The notes below the pieces were generated by a model. It did not search any database, was not told the origin of the DNA, and was given only the letters and a program-made list of their open reading frames with translations. From NCBI GenBank assembly GCA_020536535.1, contig JAHLWZ010000733.1, positions 1 to 64,000 of the forward strand: a stretch of 64,000 nt of DNA, given 5' to 3'. The position numbers and the translations under genes were made by a program. This DNA is from Pelomyxa schiedti (lineage: Eukaryota; Protista; Evosea). The number at the start of each line of letters is the position of its first letter. Positions within the stretch are counted from its first letter, which is position 1. Below, piece after piece: positions 47,009-61,427 of the stretch.

Positions 47009-47154
47009 ATGGACCTTGTCTCCCCCTAATTATTTTTGTGTCTGGTTAAAACCAAAACAACATTTTTTAAGTTTTTCCGTCTTTCGTGCCGTTCTCTGTT
47101 CTTTCTACCCGAAAAAACAACAACAACAAGAAAAAAACTCGCGTTTATTGGAAG

Positions 47155-50100
47155 ATGTCTGGAGTGACACCGGTGGGCCAGCTGCTGAGACAAGCGAAAG
47201 CCTGTGTGGAGGAGAAAAACTGGGCCGAGGCCAGGACCCTGTGTCGCACGGTCCTGGGCCGTGACCAGGCCAACTACAGCGCGAATCTAATGCTGGGACT
47301 CAGCATCAGTTCCCTGCTGCCGACTCGCCCCTCAGTCTTTGGCCAGCCCAAGCCGGCGGCTGCAGCCCAAACCAAGCAGCCCAAGCCTGCCGCCTCAGTC
47401 TCGGTCACCCGCACGTCGGTTGGCTTGGTTCTGGGCGGCCCGGCCCCGGCCCCAGCAACCCAAGCCCCGCAGCCTCAGTCCCAGTCTCCTCCGAGTTTGG
47501 ACGCAGAGATCGCCAAGAGTGTGGGAATGACTGAGGACGATGTGAAGGAGGGACTGGCCGCGTTCAAGTTGGCGTCTGGGACTGAGCCAAATAACCCTTT
47601 GGCGTGGAAGGGCCTGATGGACCTGTGCCACAAGTTGGGACACTGGAGCGATTTGATTCCTGCGGCTGTGACTCTGATCAAGTGTGTTGGCAGATCTCGC
47701 CTCGCTTAGATTCTTTGCCTAAGAGCAAAAAAAAAAAAAAAAGATTGGCCCCTGCAAAGGCACTTGAAGTGCACACCAAATTGGCTGAGTCCTATTTTTC
47801 ATTAAAAGACTGGAAAAAAGCCAGGAATTGTGTTGTCCAGGACTTGCTGCCATTGTGCACAACTGATCTTCAAAAAAAAGATGCCTATGTGAAGCTTGCC
47901 GAAATACATGAACGCGAGGTTTAATTACCCTTCTTTCTAAGTTTTTATATTGTTCTTCCTTGACGCTCATCCTCCAGTTTGAAGCTCTTAAGCAGTCAGA
48001 ACTAGCCAAGGCAAAAGATTTGCATGCCACTGAAGCCAAGTTGCAGGCGCAAGATCTAAAAGACCTCACAGTACTCTACATTTGCCATATTGAACCTTAC
48101 CAGTAACTAGCTTGACTCCTATTACAAAACAGTAAAAGATCTGGACCGCACCATAACAATGGAGTCAGGATCCTGCATCACACTGTGTCCACAGTGGTTG
48201 AGCCTGGTTCAGAGAACGAACCAGCGCCGACTTTGTTCTTCATTTACGGCAGCGGAGCGACTTCAAGTTTAACTGATATTCACTCGGACCAGCCCTCTGA
48301 TACCCATTTAGTTTAAGGAATCTCTTGAATTAGAGTGTTTGCAGATCATTGAACAATGTCCTTCATCTCCCGTCCCTTTTGAGATTTTGTACCTCCTCAG
48401 TGAAGAAGATGGGACAGGTAAATTCTTCCTGGCCCTGCCACTCTTTTTCCTCAAAACAATTAGTCACAAAAGTGGACCCTCCTTTGCTTGGCCAGAAACT
48501 CATGCACAGGTATTACCATTCCATGAGGTTCAAGTTGAGCTGAGATTATTTTTTCAGTTTCCCTTCAAGGGGAGTGGGTTGGGTTGCTGTGGGATGTGCA
48601 TCTAGTAACTATGCTTTTCATTTGAGCCGGAGTTACTCAGTACAACAAGCACTTCTAGAGACTGGACTCAGGGTATCATTTTTCCTGTAACCAATGATTA
48701 ATTCATTCCTTCTGAAGGCAAATACAAAGTGTGTAAGTGGGTGGAGTGCTTTAATAAAGTGTTTGTTCCACCTAAAGAACTACAAACTTTGCACATCCCA
48801 GTTCGAACTGGCAATACAACACTTGAACTCTCGCTGCACAACTGACAATGCCACCTTTAACAAGTTACCCCAAATCAATTAATCAACAGACGTTTTAGAA
48901 CAAACCTTACGTAGATTTATGTTGGAGATGAGCTTGTATGCAGGGCAGAGGTACTATCCTTATTCCTCAATAATCTTAATACTTTAACAACAGTTATGCA
49001 ATACTTGGATTAGCTGAGAAGTCACTTGAACTTCTCAATATTATCACTGAACACCCTAATACTGAAGCTGCCATGCGTGTAACAGCATTAATTGGGATCG
49101 GGAAACACTACAGTGGCAAGGGGGACTATTCAGCTGCCAATAGCATATTTTGTAAGGTGTCACAGCTGTACTGGGAAAGCAAGAATAAACATACATAGGC
49201 TTTAGCTCTGGAGCCAAAGAACCATACTGCACTGGCTGAAAGTGGTTGGACGTTTTTCCAGCAGAAAGAGTATAAACAAGCCCAAGTGTCTCTGGAAAAG
49301 GCTGTGTCTCTTTGTAAGGATATTGCACATTACCACTACTGGCTTGGGAGAGTATACTGGGAACTTGGCGGTTTCTTCACTTCCAAAAAACCTCCAAGGT
49401 AATCCAACTTGTAGGAACTCACCGATCACAACAGGAATTTGCTTACCAGTGTTTCATCACGGCAACAACTCTCGGTGTTAGCCAAAATGATGCTTGTGTT
49501 GCTCAGGCCTATACATTTCTGGGACATTATAGCCGTGTGGTGGCTAACACTCGGGATTTTGCCCATAGTTGTTATAGGAAAGCTCTCTCGATTGGTATTA
49601 TTTCCTTTCCTTTTCTTTTTTCACATGTAATTCCATTGAAAGACTTGCTTGATGAAGCGGCAGGAAGAAGTCTCAGTGACTCCCTCATGGAAAGTAATAT
49701 GTCCGACGAAGCGTTCCAGTTACACAAACAAGTCCGTTCCTCAGGATACTCAATCCTCATCTCACATTTTCAAGATTACTGACTGTGACTCTGCCTTTGA
49801 TCGCCGGGCTGCCTGGGCCTGGTTCCGAAAAGGACAAGCACTTCTTGTATTCAGGCATGTTGGAGAGACGCGTTTTTTGAAATTCGCTTCAGATCAAAGG
49901 AGATGGAGAGGAAGCCATGAAAAGTTTCCTCACTGTGTTGCGATCTGAGCCACGGAATACGCAATGTTGGCTTCTACTGGGTAAATCTTATGTGATTCAG
50001 GGTAAACTCATTGCAGTAGGCCCACCCAATCTCTTCACCCTTTTCTAATTGGTCATTTGGACTAAAGGCACTGAAATGTTTTTCCAAAGTTGCCACTCTG

Positions 50101-53100
50101 GAACCAGAAAATATTTATGCCCTTTATCAGGTTACCTTTATGCATCCCCTTTGATGACCTGAGCTAAGAACTTTCAGGCTGCAACAGTGCAACAACAAAT
50201 AGGAAATTTGGAAGAATCCATCATACAATACAGGCAAATACTTTCAACTGCCCCCCGTCATGTCCCATCAATGATGCGCCTTGCCGAAGTTCTTCATTCC
50301 CAAGCAATGTAAACTTTTCTCACTCATTCTACCTCTCAAATTCCATGTCACCAGCTCCAATCTCAATGAAGGCTTCATTGGAAGGAGCTGCAATTCTTTC
50401 AAGGAGGTATTTTTATTGCCAAATTCCCAATTTTTGAATGGTATAAGGCTGCATCAGCGGCAGCTCAAGCCTCACAAGCAGGAAATGTTAGCTGTTTATG
50501 GAAACTTCTCGGTGACATTCTCACATTCTGTTATCACCTGCCATTGCCCTGTAATCATACACTCTTTCTTTCTTGGGAAAAACTCAGTTAATCACAGTGG
50601 ACGAAAAGAAGGCACACTTGCTTTCAGCACAGAACGCATTTAATACTGCACTCAAACTTCAGCCTTCCATTCTCAACTTGAAACTTGACGTGGGGATAGT
50701 TTTGACACTCCGCTCACGCCTTGAGCCAGCAAATGCCAATAAACTTTTACAAGAAGCCATATCAACCTTTAAGGTTACTTCTTTATCTTAATTCAGACAG
50801 TTAAAAGTAATTTAGGAAGTTATATCTTTATCGCCAAATAACGTGGAAGGATGGAACGCACTTGGTGTGATACTCATTCCAACAAATAAGCTTGCCAGCC
50901 AGCATTGCTTTATACGAGCTTTACTGTTAGACTCCAAGGTCAATTTTACTTCCTTTTTCCGTTTACAAATTGGGTTAAGAATCCTACTGTGTGGAATAAC
51001 CTCGGTCTCTTATATCTCCTTTCCAACGAACCTGAGTTGGCCAAGCAAGCCTACACTTGCGCCCACAGAATAAACTATATGCTTCCAGACCACTGGTTTG
51101 GGGAAGCTGTGTTATGTGAACTGGATGAAACAAACAAGGAACCTTGTGACCCAACAAATAGTCCTGAAGTTCCCCCTGGGGGAGAGCTTCCTGTGCAAAA
51201 TGGCCACGAAGATCACGGCAGTACTTCACCTGAGCCAACTCATAAAAGAAAGGGAAAGAGCAAGAAAAACAAAGAGCTCTCCTGGGTCAAAAAGGCTCTG
51301 GAAGGCTACGAACAATCTCTTTCCACCACCCCCACATATTATGCTCAAAGAGCATATGGGTTCGCATGCTATGTCGCAGGTGACTACGAGAATGCACGAC
51401 AGGCTTTACATTGTTGTGCACGACAAAATCCTGAGGACATTGCCACTCTGAACACTTTAGGCTTGTCTCTTGAGGGTCTGGGACATGAGAAACCTGCTGC
51501 TGAAGTCTTTAAAAAGGCCATATCTCTGTTGCAGCAGCCCAGGGAGCGGGCTAAACAAGATACCTCGAAGTAAGAATTGGGGCAAGGTACCGAATCGAGC
51601 TGATTCCCTTTAAAAAGAGAACATAAAAGAACCAAGACTGTAACGCCGAAGAGCCCACAGACCAACACAGTATATGATGCCTTGAACGTCAATTACATCC
51701 GAGCTTCAGTGTAAGTATTTATGGAGTTAATTTTTTATTCATGCAAGGGACACAGGTTGGCAGATCCTCTGTTTTGTCCTTCTATATCAGACCTTCCACC
51801 AGTTGACCCTTGGACTTTGACCACCTTATGCATTGCATTGTGTCACAACTCACATACAAGCACCTCACAGCGAGACTATATTCAAAAGATTGAAGCCTGC
51901 TTGAAGTCTTTGAAACCCCAGCAACATATGCACACTATACTGGCACTTGCTTGCTTACACATTGATGAAAAACGATGGGAATCTGCCATTCATATTCTCT
52001 CCACCTGGTATTCTATTTTTTCCTTGAGTGAGAAAGACATCTTAAATGTTAATAGTACTGTGCAATATGCCACTATTCCATCCCTCTGGAATCTTATGTG
52101 CATAAGCCAATTTGGAGCTGGAAACATCACAGCTGCTCTTTCAGCCGTAAGGAAAGCTATCGATTGCGGTGGAATGACATTGGAGACATGCCACTTGGCC
52201 ACTCGATTGTTCCTTCACCAAGTAAAGCTAGTCTTTGTCTAGAGTGCTGCATTGACTGAATACAGGACCAGTACAGTTCCGCTAAAGCTGCGTTACTAGC
52301 GTGTATCCACACAAACCCATGTTCAATCAGTTCATGGAAAGCCATTTTGCACCTGGCACTTCAATTTCTACTTCCTAAAATACCCACAACACCAAGTACC
52401 GCATTGAACAATGAGATTAAAGACATCTACCAATTGAGCAAATTGTGCCTGGGAGTTCTGACCCTGCATGTAGTGCCCTTGCTACCGTTTTTTTGCTGAC
52501 CAAACAAACCCGTAGGAGAATAAGCCATGGTACCATTTTCTAACCGCGATCGTGGATTGGTTAGCTCCCACAGCAATTCTCTTACAACCAAATATGGCGC
52601 CGGTAGCGGTTCCACAAACACTTGCATCTCAAGAAAGTACAGCACCAAAAGCTCAATCCCCCTCAAAATCCCCTTCCAACCAAACTTCCATCACACACAT
52701 GCAGCACTTTGTCCACGGTCACCCTGACAAGCTCCTCAGTTGGATGGCACTCCTTGCCGCAACCAATCAATCACAATTTCCAGAGCGAGCATTCCACAGC
52801 ACCGATGATGACAGTTCAAATACCACTTTTGGAACCTTAATGTGGAACCGCACCCTCTGGGCACATGAACTTGGAATGAAGGAGAGAGTTCCAAGAGATA
52901 AGGTTCCACATTCAGGCTATGAAATTTCCTAATAGATGCAACTCTTAAAGCATATTCAAGTTCAAGCCGCGTTGTGCAGAAGTTCTCAAAGTGCCCCGGC
53001 TCAGGGTACAACATGTAAGATTTCCAAGGCAATCAAGCCCTTCAAACCTGGGGAGTACCTACTCCAGTTGGCAGAAAAATATGTTGAAAGCACCCCTGTA

Positions 53101-53515
53101 CTTGCGGCTAGGCTATTTAGGTCTGTGTAGTCAACCTAATAAGAAAAAACCAAAAAACAATCCAGACAAGCTGCTTTTTGTGAGGCTGCTGACAGAAGCT
53201 CTTTGACTTCCAGCATTGAAAGCCGTCTAAAACAGTCACTTCAAAGTGATCCTTCCTATTTTCCTTCATGGATGGTACTTCCCCTGCTTTCTGATTTTCA
53301 AACCAAAAACAAAAACTCAAACCATAAGGACCTACATCTTCTTTATCTGCACACTGGTCAGGCAAAGCTCTCTGAACACTGCCAAAGAACATATGCAAGG
53401 TATAAACCACTTACTTTCCCTCATCAACTCAAAGCCACAAAGCATTTTGCAGGAGAATACAAGCTTCACCAAAATACTGCCAGACCCCAAACACAAACCA
53501 CTTCTTTGGACCTAA
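47155..53515 (+). CDS. TTC37: Superkiller complex TPR subunit SKI3/TTC37
   Basis: The N-terminal LLRQAKACVEEKNWAEARTLCRTVL..DQANYSANLMLG and FKLA...EPNNPLAWKGL match the SKI3 start. About 6 kb of TPR exons follow (WNALGV..ASQHCFIRALLLD..VWNNLGLLYL..ELAKQAY). Confidence 0.85.
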
Positions 53516-53684
53516 TTAAAAAAACTTCTGTGCTCCAATATCAAAACCAACTTTTTTCTCTCGACAGTCTTGCAAAACCTCGTTTCCCAACCCAAACGAC
53601 AGGAAAAGGAACCGAATTTTATCTCCAAAATTCCCCACAACCAACAGCGGCTTCTGTTGTGGGCTTCACGCACAGGCACAGGCG

Positions 53685-55892
53685 ATGGGAGTCGACGGGA
53701 TCATTGTGGGAGTGGTCGTGGCGGTGGCGATTGGGGTGATGGCGTACAAGCGGGCCCACGTGAGCAACGCTGGGTCGCGGGCCTGCACCCGCGTGCGGTG
53801 CTGCGCCCAGCGCTACATAGACAGGCCGGAGCACCTCGTCTCGGCCAAGTGCCGCTCCCTGCCCCCGCTGCCCCGGCTGTGGTCGGGGGGGACACCAGGA
53901 GGGGCCACCGGCACCGGGGGCGGGGGAGAGGGGGCGGCCACGGCCGCGGCCGCGGAAGGGGGCGACGCGGGGGCGGCGGGGGCTGGGGAGGTCGTGTGTA
54001 GGGTGCTGAAGCTGCTGAGAACCGCGGTGATGTTAAAATTGAAAAATGTGAGTGCGTGTGCGTGGTGCCTGCCTGCCATTGCCATTAAGTTATTCCGTTG
54101 TTCGGTTGCTGCTTGTGCTTGTCAGGTACTTACTATGCGGTTTTTGGGGAATAGAAAAAGGAGCAGTTGGAACAGGACTACTCTGCATTGTATCCAATGT
54201 CGACTGCTGTTCAAGCTGAAGGTGCTGTTATGCCCTCCGAAAATTTCGAACAAGTGGAGCAGCGGTTCCTTCACAATCTGGTTAGGATGCTAAAAAAAGT
54301 AATTGCTTTGTCTCTTACTGTCTGTTGTCATTGACTTTCCAAAAAGGCCAACTACACCCCTTTAACAAAAGAAGAACTTGAATTTGCCTTGGCTGATGAG
54401 TATCTTCTCACCGTCCCTCTCCAAGTAAATAATAAACGCCTGTTCCTTTAAAAAACTAATAACATAGTCCGATTGGAACAAATTGGAATCGAGCATGCTC
54501 GACCGATTTCTTAAAATTGATAAATATGCTCCCAAGATCAACTATCCTTATTGCAATAAGGTTCGTTCACTCTCCAGCCTATCTTCACCATCAAAAACGT
54601 TCCAACCAATAGCCTACCAACAGTTTCTTGTATTCCACCGTGGGTTCATAATAGATAAGACTAGTGGAGTTCTGTTTAGAGAGAAGCTCGACGTATTCAT
54701 AAATCGAATCCTTGATATTTTGGGGAAACCTTTTTGTTCCTCTGGAAAGGCAAGAGAGCCTTTAGGTAGTCTACTTTGCACACTTTATTTATTAAAATGA
54801 CATAGAACTGGAGTGCAATGAGGATCCTTCTCTCCCAACATATACAATCGATCGTGTCCGTTTGCAAAATTCCCTTCTTCCGGAGTTTTGGAAAAAAAGC
54901 ACCGTGCAAGAACCTGCTTTCAAAGAAGTGTTTACCCTTGTAAGATTTCTTTACAAATTTTCAAGTCTCTCAATAAAACCAGTGTAAGCCTACTCCTGAC
55001 TCTCAGACAACCAAAGCCCTTTTGTTGAAGGGGTTTGCTTCACCGTTGAATGCACACGGTATCTTCCTGCATTCATTCTGCAATATTCCCATGGTAATCC
55101 CCTCGATCTTGAACTCCACACTCATTCTCGCAGGCCGATCTTGAACTTGTATTCCCAGAGCAAAAAATTGGCATCAAGGTATGTTATCCTCCTCGTACAC
55201 ACCAGGTCATGATTTTTTTTCTTGTCAAGCCCCTAGATCTGGTTACTCTTACTATAGGAATTGTATTTTCTGTTATTGGACTACTCCGTGAGGTGTTTTA
55301 TGATAATGGCCCTGGCCTCTCGGCTCTTCTTATTGGCGGGGGTGCGTTATTAGTCCAAACTATATTCTCTTATCTCAAGAACATGCTTAAATACCAGGTT
55401 TTTTCACTAAGATTCTTTGTAATCCCTCTAACCTGCATCAGAACATTGTCAACAGCTATTTGAATGTCAAGCGGCCAGCTTCAAACAAAGCCGCACTTTC
55501 GCATTTGTTAGACTGCGTGGAACAGCAGGTAACTAACAGAGTGCAATCGAACACTAATGTCAATCTGCAGGAAGTCAAGGAAGTTATAATCGGGTGGAGT
55601 GTACTCAACAGCTACGGTGCTCTCACTCTTCAGGAATTCCAGAATAAATGTGATGCCCTTCTCAAGGCTCTCGCCCCTCCAGTATGTACAGTAACCAAAC
55701 AGTACCAGAAATAATCACAGCTTCCACCAGGACAATAAAACGCCACTATCCTTTGAAGCACCTGACAGCCTAAACAAACTGCAGAAGTTTGGCGTCCTGA
55801 CTCAGTCCAATGTGTGGCCATATCCATACATGACACCCCATTTGTATGAGGTGGAGGCTATCCTCCATAAATACATCAACAGCCACACATGA
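53685..55892 (+). CDS. TMEM143: TMEM143 / DUF3754 family membrane protein
   Basis: QRFLHNLVRMLKKANYTPLTKEELEFALADEYLLTVP; ADLELVFPEQKIGIKPLDLV; TM pair IGIVFSVIGLL / ALLIGGGALLVQTIFSY; LLDCVEQQEVKEVIIGW. Confidence 0.75.
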
Positions 55893-56070
55893 GTACCCAA
55901 AAAGAGAACATTTCAAATTTTGACTACAATTATCAAAAAAGCGAGACGTGTCTTGGTTGTGATTGCAGGGTGCACAAGGTACTTTCTGGATAAACAAAGG
56001 TATCCTTTTTTCTCCTTCCAAAGAACTTGTTGCCCAGAAAATGGGCACACAACCCAAGAACACTGTGATT

Positions 56071-57569
56071 CTATTCATTTCCTGAGGCCTCATTGTACAG
56101 TGCTGGTGCAGGTGTAGGTGTAGTTGTAGTTGTAGTTATAGGTGTAGGTGTAGGTGTAGGTGTGAGCACGAGAGGTGGCATTAGAGGTGATTTGCTGGGT
56201 TTTGTTGTGTTGGTACGTACAATTTTGTATGATGTGGGGGGGTGCGTGGTTGGCTTGTGCTTGGAAAGGAGTGTGGGATCAACATGTAGGTGTGCAGCTC
56301 GGTCAAGAAGCCTTAGCCTTTTCTGTCTAAGATCAGCTGCTGAGGCGCCTCCTGTGTGTGCACCGAAAATGCTGGCAGAGGTTATTTCGTTCTGCCTTTT
56401 TCGAAGGGTCTGGTCTGCACTCAAGAGGGGTTTCATAAAGGATACCTTGGATGATATAGAATGTTAATAGATAAGAAGGGATCAGGCAAGGAAGAACCTT
56501 GGCAGCTTCAATTGCATCTGATTCAGAGGGGGGAAGCAATTTGGTAGCAAGGCCAAGCTTTTTCCCATCAGCTTTCTGTTTTCGTAGCTCTACCTTCTCT
56601 TCCTTCAACAATAGTCAGTTTATTTAACAAAAGAGGGATTTTGGTAGCACACTCGAAAAGAATTTCTTAGTTGTGAGTTCATTGCATAGTCATGATGCAT
56701 GCGTTGCTGCGTCTCAAGCAACTCAGTAACTTGCTCTCGACTTACAACACCTTTCTTCTCGTCATCTACCTTGTGTTCTGTAGAAAGTGTGAAGGCAAGT
56801 ACAAGAAAAGAAACACTCTACCGAGTTTGTAGAAGGGATCATCGATAAGACGCTTGGCTTCATCATCATCCTTCAGAGCAACAGTTCCCGTTTCCTCTGG
56901 ATTAGATTGCCATGTTTCAACTTTCCTTGAAGCTCCACTGACAATGACGTAGTCTGAGTGCTTGGAAAAGGGAAAATTTAGTGAATACTTTTATTAGAGG
57001 TCAGTCAAAAATACCTGGGGATCCGTCTGAATCTCAAAATAATTAGGACACAAATGACACCGCATTCTGAACTTAAAAATCTTCGTAGAGAAGTAATTCC
57101 CAACACACTTCTTCTCTGCATTGAATCGCTTTCCTATCATTCAGTGCACATGAGCGCCCATTTACTGGATGTTTTTGGAGTTATCTTACCCTTGGCAATG
57201 TGAATCCCACATCCTCCGCACCAAATGTTGTAAGGAAGCTCAAACCTATTGGTAGTTATGACACCGCACTATGCCCTGTTGTGAGAGTAAATATACCTTA
57301 TTATGATAATTCCTTCATGTATTTTCCTAGCGCGCTCATGCAGTGGATGCTGCCCGTGGTATTTTGTCAGAGAACCCTTACATTCGTTAAGCGCAATCAC
57401 TCTCAACAAACAAACAAACGAGAAAAAGGCAAAGAAAGTGAAACAAAGGACTCAAAAAAAAAAAAACGGGGATTTGGTAAGAAGCATCGACAATCGAAAC
57501 CAAGAAACGCACATACTCCGGACGCCAATCGGGTGGGTAGTACTTGTTCACCGCTTTACGTTCTCCCAT
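56071..57569 (-). CDS. CCDC130: CCDC130/YJU2B (CWC16 family) splicing factor
   Basis: MGERKAVNKYYPPDWRPE; IRFELPYNIWCGGCGIHIAKGKRFNAEKKCVGNYFSTKIFKFRMRCHLCPNYFEIQTDPQ; DDPFYKLEH. It has a PT-repeat tail. Confidence 0.92.
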
Positions 57570-57785
57570 CTCCCTCGCGTATTTGTTTCAATAAATTTGA
57601 TTTGGAGTTTTTTCTGCAAGGAGTTTGGGACTGAAGTCTCCCAAGAAGGAGCCCCACGAAGTGCCTTCATGACCACCTGAATTGCTGTTGAATGTTGGTT
57701 CCTGAGCATTTCCACTGGCTGCCCGATCTCAGAGGGATCATTTTCGAGAACTTCGACGAAAGATCTCCACCAGGTTGTGAAACGG

Positions 57786-60038
57786 ATGAGGAAAGGCGAA
57801 GTCGACAGCTTGTTGGGTGTGGTTGTGGTTCGTGTTTGTTTGTCTGTGCCTGGTTTGCTTGTTGCCTACTTCGAGACCCCCAACGCCCATAATCCACTCA
57901 CGCAACACCAAACACAGCCGATTCTGATTCCGACGACGACTCCCTTCTTGGGGCTGGCGGATCATCACAAACAAACTCGTCCACGTCATCACACCACTGC
58001 TACGCCAGATCACAAACACACCCTCAGGCGTCCCACTCTCAATCCTCAGCCTCGGCATCTGGGGGTTCGTTGATAGACACCACACCACCTCCCTCTTCCT
58101 CTTCCTCTTCCTCTTCATCTTCTTCTTCGTCTTCGTCTTCGGCGTCTTCTACGATTCTGGATCTGTTGACGTCGATTCCGACGACGCTGCAGTCGTCGGC
58201 GTCGGCGGCGATTACGGGAATCGGCGCCATCGGCGACGTGGTGCAGGGCGTCACGCTCGGCGCCGATTCCGAGAAGCAGGCTGACTTCTGGGACCCGGAC
58301 ATCGACAGCCCAAAGATCTTCGAGAATTCGAGGGAGAGGCCTCTGGTGTACATGATTCTCACTGGAATTCGCGCTGCTGTATGTTATGTTCTGTTAATAT
58401 TATTATTTATCTAGGGATACCATTGATTGGTTGGTTGCTCCCTGTTCATTTTTTGTTATTGTGAATTGGATGTATCACTATCAGTCCCATCTCACTGACC
58501 CCTGCCCTCCCCCTCTCTACGGCAAAGTTAAGAGCAGCTAATGTGTGGGCAGCTCTTACTAACGACTTCACAATATCACACAAATGTTCCTTCAAGAGGT
58601 ACAGGCAGTTTGTCTGAATACCTTCACTTACTCTTCACCCCAACGAGAGGTGCTACCCAATCCGGTGTCGCAAACGCTCTCTATGATTTCACTTTTGTCG
58701 ATTTCGCCACAAGTGTCTTCCGTAGTATGCGAGCCAATACTGGAATTGAAGAAATGCTATATCTGGTGCCCTTTTCTTTCGAATATTATTTTGTGCTTAA
58801 CAAGGTGTTTATTACAGGAGTCTTTCCTACAACCATTTCTCTACGAGCTCCGCTCTCCTGGAAAGAGTGGAAGTTTCTTCTACGGCTCAGCAGATATGAA
58901 GTAACAATTTATATCACATTTTTTCCCCCCAACTTCTCTAAAATAGGTATATCCTTAAATCTGTAACCAAAGATGAGCACAACTTTCTCATAGAGTTCCT
59001 TCCTGATTACACTGCAGTACTTTTCCTCACCATATGACCGTAACTTATTTCTACTACAGTATCTCCGCAGTACAAAGGATTCTTTACTTATTAAATTTTT
59101 TGCCCTTCACACAATTATCTTCCCTGATGAGAAAGAGTTCAGCTTCATTGTAATGGAAAACATTTTCCCACCAAACAAGGCAATGATAAATAGGCGGTTC
59201 GATCTCAAAGGTTCCATATGTTACTATGCTAATAGTATTTTAACACATCCTACAGGGTCGACACATGGAAGGTGTCTATTTTGTTAAGAGGGAAATCAAA
59301 AAATGATGCTCAAATAGGGAGGCCTCAGCTTCCGAACGGAACTCCAGAGACGCAATTTTCAAAGATTTGGACCTATATCATGAGATTAGGGATAAACTTC
59401 ATGTGGGGCCACAACGCAGGGCACCTCTGTTGAAAATCGTTAGTTCCGATGCCAAGGTACACCAAATTGACAATATCTTTCTTAATCTTGCTAGTTTCTT
59501 GCTAAACACAATGTTATGGACTATTCACTGTTAATTGGAGTTCACAACATCATAAATAGCAGTTCAATTCCAGAAACAGAGTAATACATGGCATGCCCTG
59601 CATGCTTAAAAACACCGCATCCCACAGCAACACATTTACCGACACCCTTCTCTTATTTCTCTGATGTAAGTTTACAGTTTACTTGGGCTTGGTCGATCTT
59701 TCCGAAGTGAAAATGGTGGTTTCAGGGCTACCGATGAATATGACTCTCCTCTACCATTTTTGTACTACCTTGGCATCATAGACATTCTGCAGACCTACAC
59801 TGCCAGAAAGAGAATGGAACATTCTCTAAAATCACTCACCACAAGTAAGGAAATATCCTGTGTGGATCCCCAGACATACTGGTATATCTACATACCACAT
59901 CCCATTATACTCCTCACTCTTCTTTCTCTTTTTTACAGTGAGCGGCTGATGTTGTTCCTAACAACGTGCCTCACTCCCGTCAAGCCAGGTGAGGAAGCCC
60001 CAGTAATTCCAGGTAAAACAACTGCCTCCCATAATTAA
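57786..60038 (+). CDS. PIP5K: Phosphatidylinositol-4-phosphate 5-kinase (start uncertain)
   Basis: FTFVDFATSVFRSMR; LRSPGKSGSFFYGSADMKYILKSV; LLIKFFALH; IVMENIF; RFDLKGS; FKDLD; VMDYSLLIGVH; YYLGIIDILQTY..KRMEHSLK..ISCVDP..YSERL. Confidence 0.93.
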
Positions 60039-60272
60039 TTCTCACATTCGCGCAGGCACCACCCACCACGCTCCCACCCCAACCAGGGTTGGTGGACTTT
60101 CCACAAAAACTAGGGTTTTTGACGACCTACTATTTTGACGACCTCTTTTGGTGTTGTTTGGTGGGCCCCATTGTAAAGGAAAAAGAATGCAAATAACACC
60201 ACAAGGTGTTTTTGGGGCAAATCTGCCTTTCTCTTTGTTGTTCCTCATGGGATTTATTGGTGGTTTGGTTCT

Positions 60273-61427
60273 TTATAACCATTGAACAACCAGAGGGTTG
60301 CGGGCTACCATGCGTTGATACTTGAGCTGTGGCTCTCCAACCATAAGCTAAATGTAAGTAAGTGGAGTGAGGGTAGTGTTGCGTGTTTGGGAATGGAATT
60401 GTTGTTGATAAGAGGAGGTACGCAACTGCACCAAGGCACAATTTGCCGCCGAGTTCAGCTTTAAGGGGTTCCCAGGCAGCAACAGCACCTTGGAAGAAAC
60501 CAGCCCAGCAAGTTCCAAGACCCAAAGAAGGTGCCGCCAACTCCATATTTGCCAGAGCAATTGACACATCCACAACCCCCAGGTGATGGTATTGCTTGGG
60601 GCTTGTTGCTGGGTCAATGACACCAAGAATTACACAAGGTGCCTTGCGGAAAATGGGATCAAAACCCTTGTCCCACGCGGAAGAAATGCGCTCGGCTGCT
60701 GGGTGCCCACTGGCAGCTTTGAGCCAGTCTATGGTGTGCTGTCCAAACCTGTGCAACTGGAAGATGAAATGAATACGTAATAACACTTAGGGATGGAGGG
60801 TTACTTGCTCAGGTGTATGGAGTACAATATACTGCACTTGTTGAGCATTTCCAGCAGAGGCAGCATGATGACAAAGTTCAAGCAGGCGCATTACTTTAGT
60901 TTGGTCGATTGGTCCAGGCTTATAGACCCTGCAAGACCGTCGGGATCGTATGAACTGTTCCACCTGTTCCATAAGTCATACTCGGAGAACAGGGTGGAGG
61001 GAAAAAAACTTGAGCAGTTGATAGACAAAGAGATGGATCAATCGGAGGGAAATCCTCAATAGGTTTGTTTGAAAATGTCAAGGCGCTCTTAGGGCACACA
61101 GCAACACAGTGGCCACACTATTTGGTATTTCAAAAAGGTTAATCCCGTTAGGAAGGAAAAGCATACTTTTATGCAGTTGGCAGCAGAAGAGAGACGAGGG
61201 TTCTCGCCAGGAGGCATAGAAATGCCTTCGAATTATTTTTCACTGGTCGAAAAAAAAAAAAAAAAATGACATGACGTACATCTATTCACGCAATCTTTTA
61301 CGCAGAGGCCGCACTTGACGCACTTGTCGGCATCACAACGAATGTCGAATGTAGGCTGGATCTCAGCAGGAGTAGTTTGACTCGTTGTTGTGCTTGTCGT
61401 CTCGCTCGCACTCGTGCTCGTAGCCAT
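60273..61427 (-). CDS. Nitroreductase with N-terminal 2x[4Fe-4S] ferredoxin domain
   Basis: CVKCGLCVKDC and spliced CIK|CGHCVAVCP; FIRSRRSCRVYK; HAASAGNAQ; IFRKAPCVI; DVSIALANMELAAPSLGLGTCWAGF; VGEPQLKYQRMVARNPLVVQWL*. Confidence 0.92.
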
